IMG/VR virus record: IMGVR_UViG_3300043447_000028
Span: 1-17,156 of that record
DNA length: 17,156 nt
Direction: 5' to 3' (one strand)
From: a virus
Lineage: Duplodnaviria; Heunggongvirae; Uroviricota; Caudoviricetes
The notes under the pieces are model-generated. The model searched no databases. It worked only from the letters and a program-made list of their open reading frames with translations, and was not told the origin of the DNA. Positions 7,281-13,846 of the stretch are shown one piece after another; the first letter of the stretch is position 1; each line of letters starts with the position of its first letter. Both the position numbers and the translations under genes were made by a program.

Positions 7281-7308
7281 ACTTTACACACAACACAGGA
7301 GAAGTAAA

Positions 7309-7587
7309 ATGTCTAATATGACACCGTTCGAGATTCGCCTTGAACTACTAAAAATGGCGAAAGATATGCTTGTTGAAGAATACTACGGTAAGAAAGAACA
7401 AGTATCACAAGATTGGCACGTTAAGGTAGAAAGTGCCAGACATAATGGATCTCCACCACCAGAGCATCCAGCAATGCCAATATATCCAACTGAAGCTGAT
7501 GTTGTCGCAAAGGCAACACAACTAAACGGCTTCGTGTCTCAAATCCCCAACACTACACAAGAAAAGACTAGCAAAAAGTCCACCTGA
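7309..7587 (+). CDS. Hypothetical phage protein (MTPFEIRLELLKMAKDML type)
   Basis: AGGAG RBS, 92 aa, bounded by its own putative promoter and terminator. Confidence 0.8.
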   Translation: MSNMTPFEIRLELLKMAKDMLVEEYYGKKEQVSQDWHVKVESARHNGSPPPEHPAMPIYPTEADVVAKATQLNGFVSQIPNTTQEKTSKKST

Positions 7588-7597
7588 TAAGGGATCG

Positions 7598-7628
7598 GTC
7601 AGAGGGTTCACACACCTTCTGACTTTTT
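7598..7628 (+). terminator. Rho-independent terminator
   Basis: GTCAGAGGGT-TCACAC-ACCTTCTGAC (10 bp, one G:U) followed by TTTTT. Confidence 0.75.
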
Positions 7629-7647
7629 AACCATAAAGGAGATAACT

Positions 7648-8208
7648 ATGCGTTTATACCGTATATACATTCCGCTTATATTATTGTTTATAAGTTTGGT
7701 TGTCTTAACAAAAACAACTTATACAGAGACTCTCAATCTTAGCGTTAAGATCTCTCAGCTGACAAAAGAGTCTCAACAACAAGTTCACTGTTTGGCAGAG
7801 AACATCTATCACGAAGCAGGTTTTGAACCAGTCGATGGTAAAGTTGCTGTGGCATTGGTTACGATGAATCGTCTTCAAGACCCTCGTTATCCAAAAGATA
7901 TTTGCTCTGTAGTGAAACAAAGAGTAAAATCAACTTGTCAGTTCTCTTGGTTCTGTGAACATGGTAAGTCAATCAAGAATCAGACAGTTTATGAAGATGC
8001 ATTAGAAGTTGCACTTCGAGTTTTCGCTAACTACGAAACTACACCAGACATCACCAAAGGTGCTCTGTTCTATCATGCCGATTATGTTAACCCTCGTTGG
8101 CGTGGTTTAGAAAAAACTACCGTAATTGGTAGACACATATTTTATAAAGAAAGCGAACGATACTATGATGCAAAAAATGAATCTCCAACTAAAGGAAGAA
8201 AGCTCTAG
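7648..8208 (+). CDS. SleB/Hydrolase_2 cell-wall hydrolase with N-terminal hydrophobic anchor or signal
   Basis: 'CLAENIYHEA', 'GKVAVALVTMNR', 'ICSVVKQ', 'CQFSW', 'ALFYHADYVNPRW' and 'IGRHIFY'. Confidence 0.9.
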   Translation: MRLYRIYIPLILLFISLVVLTKTTYTETLNLSVKISQLTKESQQQVHCLAENIYHEAGFEPVDGKVAVALVTMNRLQDPRYPKDICSVVKQRVKSTCQFSWFCEHGKSIKNQTVYEDALEVALRVFANYETTPDITKGALFYHADYVNPRWRGLEKTTVIGRHIFYKESERYYDAKNESPTKGRKL

Positions 8209-8722
8209 ACATGCATTCTACCTAATGATGGAAGAAATTTCACTCAGTACAGTTAAAGGTGCAGTTGAGTGGATTTTTGAAGCTAACTTTAGTGAAGAAC
8301 CACCAGAGTTGCTAAACTTGATTATTACATCTCCAGGTGGTGATTTGAACGCAGCATTTGCGTTGATTGATGTTATGCGTGGTTCATCTATTCCTGTGCG
8401 AACAATCGGTCTTGGACAGATTGCTTCTGCTGGTCTGATGATTTTCATTGCTGGTGATAAAGGTATGCGAATTCTTACTCCGAACACATCAATCCTAAGT
8501 CATCAATACTCGTGGGGTGCGTTTGGTAAAGAACATGAACTTTTTGCCACAGTAAAAGAATTCGATTTAACAACAAAGAAGATGACTCAACACTACAAAA
8601 AGTGTACTGGTCTCTCTGAAAAACAAATTCGTGATGTGCTCTTGCCACCACAGGATATTTGGCTGAGTCCATCCGAAGCTAAGAAGCTAGGAATCTGCGA
8701 CGATGTTAAAGAACTTTCTTAA
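8165..8722 (+). CDS. clpP: ClpP-family serine protease
   Basis: 'ITSPGGD', catalytic Ser in 'IASAG', His in 'LSHQ', Asp in 'QDIWLSPSEAKKLGICD'. The start is uncertain; ATG 8165 is preferred. Confidence 0.9.
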   Translation: MMQKMNLQLKEESSRHAFYLMMEEISLSTVKGAVEWIFEANFSEEPPELLNLIITSPGGDLNAAFALIDVMRGSSIPVRTIGLGQIASAGLMIFIAGDKGMRILTPNTSILSHQYSWGAFGKEHELFATVKEFDLTTKKMTQHYKKCTGLSEKQIRDVLLPPQDIWLSPSEAKKLGICDDVKELS

Positions 8723-8732
8723 GGAAATCACT

Positions 8733-8945
8733 ATGAACGAAAATGTTTGGACACTTTCACTATTGACTGCCGTATTGGCTATTGTTGGTGCTGTTGGTTT
8801 TTACAACTACACTTCGATGAAGTCTATGGAGCGTAACATTGAATCCGCTATTGCAAAGGGTATCGACCCTGTAGCAGTGCGATGTGCTTACGGTAACTCC
8901 CACGACAACATCTGTATCGCTTACGCTGTAACAGTCAAAAAGTAA
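8733..8945 (+). CDS. Small membrane-anchored hypothetical protein
   Basis: AAGGAA RBS before ATG 8733, one N-terminal TM segment, C-terminal Cys pair. Confidence 0.75.
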   Translation: MNENVWTLSLLTAVLAIVGAVGFYNYTSMKSMERNIESAIAKGIDPVAVRCAYGNSHDNICIAYAVTVKK

Positions 8946-8964
8946 TACTTTCGTTTCTAAACCT

Positions 8965-8993
8965 ATACCCCTCAGTTTTTGAGGGGTATTTTT
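8965..8993 (+). terminator. Rho-independent terminator
   Basis: ATACCCCTCA-GTTTT-TGAGGGGTAT perfect 10-bp stem followed by a T-run. Confidence 0.85.
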
Positions 8994-9001
8994 CCTTGTA
9001 G

Positions 9002-9014
9002 AATCAACAAGTTA
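9002..9014 (+). promoter_or_regulatory. IHF consensus site AATCAA-CAAG-TTA
   Basis: Exact match to WATCAANNNNTTR, with an upstream T-tract, about 20 bp before a -35. Confidence 0.55.
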
Positions 9015-9033
9015 CGGAGCCTCCAGAAAGTTG

Positions 9034-9062
9034 TTGCCTTAAATGCCGAAATGCGCAATAAT
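9034..9062 (+). promoter_or_regulatory. sigma70-type early promoter (TTGCCT-17-AATAAT)
   Basis: 17-nt spacer; lies in an intergenic region after a terminator and before an AAAGGA RBS. Confidence 0.65.
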
Positions 9063-9092
9063 TACTACAGTTGATTAGGAAAAGGATCTGAA

Positions 9093-9788
9093 ATGTCTCT
9101 ACTTACTGTTGGTAACCCAAAGTTGGCTAAAGGTGAAAAGAAGGGTTATTTGTCTTCTGTTCTCCACTTTGCTCCAGCCGATATTTCTGGTAAAGAAGTT
9201 TGCCCTAAGCGCACAGCTGGTTGTACAGCTGCTTGTTTGAACACTGCTGGTCGTGGTGGTATCTTCAAGAAGGGTGAGACCACTAATGTGATCCAACAAG
9301 CACGTATCCGCAAAACAAAATACTTCTTCGAGAATCGTCGTGACTTCTTGAACGAATTGACTGTCGAGATTGTCAAAACAATCGCTAAGGCTGAGAAGCT
9401 GGGTTTGATCCCTGTGTTTCGTTTGAACGGCACTTCTGACTTAGCATGGGAAAAGTACGAAGTTGCTGCTGGTAAGAACATTTTCCAGATGTTTCCTAAT
9501 GTGCAGTTCTATGACTACACTAAAGTTAACAATCGTAAAGTTGCACACATCCCTAACTACCACCTGACTTTCTCCAAAGCAGATGGCAACGACATGGATG
9601 TTCGTTTGGCTCTGTCCAATGGTATGAACGTGGCTGCAGTATTCCACGAAGTGCCAGAATCTTATCTTGGTCGTAAAGTTATCAATGGCGATGAAACAGA
9701 CTTGCGTTTCCTCGACCCAAAGGGTGTTATCGTTGGCTTGAAGGCTAAGGGTAAAGCTAAAAAAGACACTTCTGGTTTTGTTGTTTAA
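9093..9788 (+). CDS. Conserved phage protein with Cys cluster (GP88-like/radical-SAM-like fold, tentative)
   Basis: 'CPKRTAGCTAACL', 'FRLNGTSD', 'FYDYTK' and 'LRFLD...GLKAKG'. Confidence 0.55.
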   Translation: MSLLTVGNPKLAKGEKKGYLSSVLHFAPADISGKEVCPKRTAGCTAACLNTAGRGGIFKKGETTNVIQQARIRKTKYFFENRRDFLNELTVEIVKTIAKAEKLGLIPVFRLNGTSDLAWEKYEVAAGKNIFQMFPNVQFYDYTKVNNRKVAHIPNYHLTFSKADGNDMDVRLALSNGMNVAAVFHEVPESYLGRKVINGDETDLRFLDPKGVIVGLKAKGKAKKDTSGFVV

Positions 9789-9799
9789 GGAGATATATT

Positions 9800-10264
9800 A
9801 TGGGTTTAGATATGTACTTGTCGGCTAAGAAATATTTGTCTAAGTATTTTGACGCTGAAGATACTGGTAAGATTAATGCTATCAACGATATCTTTGGTAT
9901 CGTGGGTGAAGAAGATGGTGACTATGGTGCTCAGGAAGTGACTTTCCGCATCGCCTACTGGCGCAAAGCCAATGCAATCCATCAGTGGTTTGTTGATAAT
10001 TGTCAGGACGGCATTGATGAGTGTCAAGAAACCTTTCTGCCTCGTGAGAAACTTCAGGAACTGATGGAACTCTGCGAAACGATTATCGCTGATCCAAAGA
10101 AAGCAAGAGAGAATTTGCCAACTACTTCTGGTTTCTTCTTCGGTTCAACTGAGTACGATGATTACTATTTACAAGATGTTCAGTATACAGCTGATCGTCT
10201 GAAGAAGATTCTCAATGATGAGGCTCTTAATAAATGTCATTTTTATTATCAGTCGAGCTGGTGA
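9800..10264 (+). CDS. Conserved hypothetical phage protein (MGLDMYL...YWRKANAIHQWF type)
   Basis: AAGGAG RBS; recognisable recurring phage motif, function unknown. Confidence 0.8.
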   Translation: MGLDMYLSAKKYLSKYFDAEDTGKINAINDIFGIVGEEDGDYGAQEVTFRIAYWRKANAIHQWFVDNCQDGIDECQETFLPREKLQELMELCETIIADPKKARENLPTTSGFFFGSTEYDDYYLQDVQYTADRLKKILNDEALNKCHFYYQSSW

Positions 10265-10821
10265 TGTTTCCTGTGAATATCAATGTCCCTTATGTGGAAA
10301 ATCTTGAGCAGCGTGGCTACGCCGATATGATCGAAAAGCTAGTTGCTGAAGAAGCCAAGAAGAATAGTCCATCTGAGTTTTATCAAGCTAGAAGTAAGCG
10401 CAGCATAGAGGATTTTTCTTATCATACATATTCAAAGTATGTTTGGTTTGATGTCAAGTCTTTTGATTCAGACTCTGACTTCTCTATGCCTAACTTAGTG
10501 TCTATTGATAGACTCCGTAAAGTTGTGACTAGCACGATGGAAGAGTTGATTTATATTTTCGTTGAGTATAAACTAGACCACACTAATCGTAAGGTTGACA
10601 TCAAGAAAATTGAATTTCGTCCAGTTTACTCGATCAATCCATCAGTGCTGGCTATTCAGAATCTTGGTAAGGGTGTGTTGCAGATTAAGAACATGCACAA
10701 TAGCGTAGACTTATACAATGGAACAAAACAAGAGTGGATGAAAGAAATTTCATCTATGGCTAGAGACTTTTACGCTAAACAAATAATCAAATTCACAAAA
10801 TTGCAGAGTACTTGGAAATGA
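10264..10821 (+). CDS. Hypothetical protein, possible PD-(D/E)xK restriction-endonuclease-like nuclease
   Basis: Start moved to ATG 10264 (TGATG overlap); 'SIED...WFDVKS' has D...D-x-K spacing. Confidence 0.4.
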   Translation: MFPVNINVPYVENLEQRGYADMIEKLVAEEAKKNSPSEFYQARSKRSIEDFSYHTYSKYVWFDVKSFDSDSDFSMPNLVSIDRLRKVVTSTMEELIYIFVEYKLDHTNRKVDIKKIEFRPVYSINPSVLAIQNLGKGVLQIKNMHNSVDLYNGTKQEWMKEISSMARDFYAKQIIKFTKLQSTWK

Positions 10822-11162
10822 TTTATCACACCACCCCACCGAAGTCTAAGAAACGCAAACCTAACGCTAAACAGCGTGAGTTGGATAAGTCTTGGGCTGA
10901 TCTTCTTAAGAAGTATGAACCAAAGAAGCCTCTAGCAGTTGCTAAGGATGCTGGTCTGTCATACTCACTTGGTGCGCCAGCTGGTCGGGAGACCCCTAGG
11001 ATACCGAGTCGTACAACCACTGGTGGTAATGCCACATGGCGTCCGAATCCTGTTTACACAGGCACTAAGATCAAAGGTATTGGTACGATGCATAAGTCTA
11101 ACGCTGTGCCAGTGTTTAGTGATGAAGAAGCACAAGACATTGCAAAAATGAGGAGAGGCTAA
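10818..11162 (+). CDS. Basic hypothetical phage protein
   Basis: ATGA overlap at 10818; Lys-rich N-terminus; C-terminal 'YTG..IKGIGTMHKSNAVPV'. Confidence 0.75.
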   Translation: MIYHTTPPKSKKRKPNAKQRELDKSWADLLKKYEPKKPLAVAKDAGLSYSLGAPAGRETPRIPSRTTTGGNATWRPNPVYTGTKIKGIGTMHKSNAVPVFSDEEAQDIAKMRRG

Positions 11163-11407
11163 TGGAACCGAAAAAACTTCTGAAGATTCGTCTGCGTGAA
11201 GATGGCACTTGGGAACATGTGTATGATGAAAATGTGTTCTATGAGTTGGATCCATTCTTAATGGCTGAACTTCACAAAAAGAAACCAAAGATGAGTCGTC
11301 GTGAACGAATCCAAAAGAGCGCAGAAGATTACATTGAAGAAGCACTGGAACTCTCTGATTACGAAGAGTCTAAGATCGTTCTCTCCCACATTATGAATCT
11401 GAAATAA
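11162..11407 (+). CDS. Hypothetical protein
   Basis: 81 aa; TAATG coupling to the upstream gene. Confidence 0.7.
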   Translation: MEPKKLLKIRLREDGTWEHVYDENVFYELDPFLMAELHKKKPKMSRRERIQKSAEDYIEEALELSDYEESKIVLSHIMNLK

Positions 11408-11410
11408 ACC

Positions 11411-11439
11411 TTGCCTTGCAACCAAAACTGGAGTATAAT
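11411..11439 (+). promoter_or_regulatory. sigma70-type promoter (TTGCCT-17-TATAAT); probable leaderless start at 11446
   Basis: 17-nt spacer; an in-frame ATG lies 6 nt after the -10. Confidence 0.75.
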
Positions 11440-11445
11440 ATGAAT

Positions 11446-11664
11446 ATGGACTTGATTACTAAATACAATAACCTGATTGCAGAACGCATGAAGATGGACA
11501 AATTCTTTACAATGTTTTTGGACAAGTATGAACGCAAGATGGATCCAGAACGCACAGATACGCCTATCTGGAAACTCTACAAACAAAAGCATAAAGAATA
11601 TGGACAACTTTGTCAAGAAATTAGAAACACTAACTACTACATACAACGACAAGCCAATGTTTAA
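11446..11664 (+). CDS. Hypothetical helical protein
   Basis: 72 aa from ATG 11446; earlier starts fall inside the promoter. Confidence 0.7.
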   Translation: MDLITKYNNLIAERMKMDKFFTMFLDKYERKMDPERTDTPIWKLYKQKHKEYGQLCQEIRNTNYYIQRQANV

Positions 11665-11872
11665 GACTGCGAACGAATTCTCACTGCATATCGAATCTAT
11701 CGTGAAGGATAAGCGTCTTAGTTATATGGACGCTGTCCTTGATTACTGTAAAGAAAACTATCTCGAACCTGCCGATGTTGCATCACTTATCAACAAGTCA
11801 TTGAAGGATAAGATTGAGATGGATTTTCGTGAATTGAATTATCTACCAAAACAGGCTAAGCTAGATGTCTAA
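11657..11872 (+). CDS. gp33: T4 gp33-like late transcription coactivator
   Basis: 'FSLHIESIV....SYMDAVLDYC......DVASLINKSLKDKIE....LNYL'; position before gp59; start reset to ATG 11657. Confidence 0.88.
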   Translation: MFKTANEFSLHIESIVKDKRLSYMDAVLDYCKENYLEPADVASLINKSLKDKIEMDFRELNYLPKQAKLDV

Positions 11873-12050
11873 ACTTATATTCTTTATACCATCTATTGTG
11901 TTGATTGCAATGATGGTGTTAGTTATAACATTGGCAAGACACGCAGACGAAAGAACGATTAGAATCGACTGTACCATTGCAGAGATATCACCCGATATCC
12001 CAGTGGAAGCCAAAGAACTTTGTAGGAAACATCGAAGTGGACGGATTTAA
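11865..12050 (+). CDS. Small membrane protein with Cys pair
   Basis: N-terminal TM helix; 'IDC..AEISPDIP...KELCR'. Confidence 0.65.
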   Translation: MSKLIFFIPSIVLIAMMVLVITLARHADERTIRIDCTIAEISPDIPVEAKELCRKHRSGRI

Positions 12051-12648
12051 GGCATATCGTTATTACCTAGCGATCAAATTACACTTCACGACTGAGAAAT
12101 TTAATGTCTTCGAAAATAGAGGAAATGTTAAAGGGACACGTGAAGCATTTAATGCTAGGAATGACAGATACATTTTTGAGAAACTTGCCACAAAGTTTGA
12201 GGCAGACAAAGACATTATTCAGTTCTTTGTAGCAAACTTTGCATATGGTAATGGTAATGCAATCTATGAAGGTAAGGAAGCCATCGATAACCTCACTGAG
12301 TGGAATAGACGCAAACAATCTATCACTCAAGTGTTTGTTAACGATCTCGCTAAACTATTGACATATGTAGAAGTCAATAAGTTACCGACCAGCGCAATCT
12401 TTAACTTTACTGATGATGAGTACCCAGTTGCGTTGAAATTATTCATCGGTGGTCAAATAAGTATTGAGACACTTAGAATTATCGATGATCGAACTCCAAT
12501 TATTGATCAGTGGTCTTTGAATACTGCTGTTCAGAATATATGGAGTAACGAATTGTTGAGAGTTAAAAAGTTGACAGGATTTGTGAAATACGATAAGATT
12601 AAACTGAAAATGATTTTTACACACTTCATGGAAGAAATTGCAGAGTAA
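12037..12648 (+). CDS. gp59: T4 gp59-like helicase loader
   Basis: 'GFKAYRYYLAIKLHFT', 'RNDRYIFEKLA', 'FFVANF' and 'ISIETL'; GTG start at 12037 with AGGA RBS; lies between gp33 and gp32. Confidence 0.88.
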   Translation: MDGFKAYRYYLAIKLHFTTEKFNVFENRGNVKGTREAFNARNDRYIFEKLATKFEADKDIIQFFVANFAYGNGNAIYEGKEAIDNLTEWNRRKQSITQVFVNDLAKLLTYVEVNKLPTSAIFNFTDDEYPVALKLFIGGQISIETLRIIDDRTPIIDQWSLNTAVQNIWSNELLRVKKLTGFVKYDKIKLKMIFTHFMEEIAE

Positions 12649-12652
12649 TACG

Positions 12653-12868
12653 ATGGGCAAGACTTACAATCAATCGAAGCGATTCGATGACGAATTTGGT
12701 GGGCGTTCAGGGAAACCTGCCAAACATAGCAACGGTAAAAAAACTGGTGGTATGAGAACGCTAAATAGTTATGTTGAAGAAGATTATGACATCAACGCCG
12801 ATGATTTCGACGATGAGTTTGAACTTGATGATGAAATTTCAATACAACATAATACTAATACAAAGTAA
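12653..12868 (+). CDS. Small protein with basic N-terminus and acidic C-terminus
   Basis: 'MGKTYNQSKRF...DDFDDEFELDDE'; sits between gp59 and gp32. Confidence 0.65.
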   Translation: MGKTYNQSKRFDDEFGGRSGKPAKHSNGKKTGGMRTLNSYVEEDYDINADDFDDEFELDDEISIQHNTNTK

Positions 12869-12886
12869 ATACTAAGGAAAATACTA
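12841..12886 (+). repeat. Five AATAC(A/T)A units in the gp32 leader
   Basis: Copies at 12841, 12851, 12857, 12868 and 12880, around the AAGGA RBS. Confidence 0.65.
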
Positions 12887-12888
12887 AA

Positions 12889-13800
12889 ATGGATATTCAA
12901 AAACTACGTGCTATGCGCAACTCTGATTTCGGTGCAATCTCTAACGCATTCGAAAAAGTAGCAAACCCTCAAACTGAAACCAAGTCATACAACGACGATC
13001 GCTTCTGGCGTCTCGAAGGTGACAAAGCTGGCAATGGTACTGCCACTTTGCGTTTCCTCCCACGTGTTGAAGGCGATGAACTCCCATGGGTTCGTATCTT
13101 CTCTCATGGTTTCCAAGGTCCAACTGGTAAATGGTACATCGAAAATTCTCTGACCACTCTTGGTGAGAATGACCCTGTCGGTGAACTCAACACGCAGCTA
13201 TGGAACTCTGGTTCTGAAGCCAACAAAGAAATTGCACGTAAGCAAAAGCGTAAGCTGAGTTTCACTGCTAACGTCTTGGTTGTGTCTGATCCAAAACACC
13301 CAGAGAACGAAGGCAAGGTATTCTTGTTCAAGTTCGGTAAGAAAATCTTCGACAAGATTATGGACAAAGCACGTCCTACATTCGAGGATGAGAAGCCAGT
13401 GAACGTGTTTGATTTGTGGGAAGGTGCTAACTTCAAGCTGCGCATGCGTAAGAAGGATGGATATGCAAACTATGACGAATCTGCGTTCATGGAGCCTTCA
13501 GCCGTTTCTGACGACGAAGACACTCTGTTGAAGATTGTTAATAGCCAGCACAAGCTGTCTGAATTCACTGATCGTAAGAACTTCAAGTCTTATGATGAGT
13601 TGAAGAAGAAGCTGAATGAAGTTTTGTCTGGTGATTCTTTTGCACCTAAGAGTGCAGCTGAAATTGCTGACGAACCACGTTCTGCGCCAGCACCTGCTTT
13701 CACTGCGAAAGCTGCACCACAACCTAAGTCTGTTGCCTCTAACCAAGACGACGATGAAGATGTGATGTCTTATTTCCAGAAGATTGCCAACGACGAGTAA
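12889..13800 (+). CDS. gp32: T4 gp32-like single-stranded DNA-binding protein
   Basis: 'DDRFW....DKAGNG.A..RFLP', 'HGFQGPTGKWYIENSLTTLG..DPV', 'PENEGKVFLFKFGKKIFDKI' and an acidic tail. Confidence 0.97.
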   Translation: MDIQKLRAMRNSDFGAISNAFEKVANPQTETKSYNDDRFWRLEGDKAGNGTATLRFLPRVEGDELPWVRIFSHGFQGPTGKWYIENSLTTLGENDPVGELNTQLWNSGSEANKEIARKQKRKLSFTANVLVVSDPKHPENEGKVFLFKFGKKIFDKIMDKARPTFEDEKPVNVFDLWEGANFKLRMRKKDGYANYDESAFMEPSAVSDDEDTLLKIVNSQHKLSEFTDRKNFKSYDELKKKLNEVLSGDSFAPKSAAEIADEPRSAPAPAFTAKAAPQPKSVASNQDDDEDVMSYFQKIANDE

Positions 13801-13819
13801 TCACTTCTGAGAAATGATT

Positions 13820-13845
13820 AAAGGGAGCCTTGCGCTCCCTTTTTT
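13820..13845. terminator. Bidirectional Rho-independent terminator between convergent blocks
   Basis: AAA-GGGAGC-CTTGC-GCTCCC-TTTTTT. Confidence 0.85.
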
Positions 13846-13846
13846 A

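Noticed and set aside
7248-7293. preQ1-I riboswitch for the leader pseudoknot
   Set aside because: Lacks the recognisable preQ1-I loop consensus and the poly-A 3' tail; L1 is only 1 nt.
11528-12036. Extended starts for gp33 (11528) and gp59 (11977)
   Set aside because: They overlap upstream genes; the family-typical N-termini begin at 11657 and 12037.
94-13746. Short alternative-frame and minus-strand ORFs across the plus-strand block (e.g. 94-423, 2137-2427, 6455-6838, 9146-9481, 10965-11345, 13104-13445)
   Set aside because: Fully nested in or antisense to well-supported genes; no motifs or initiation signals.
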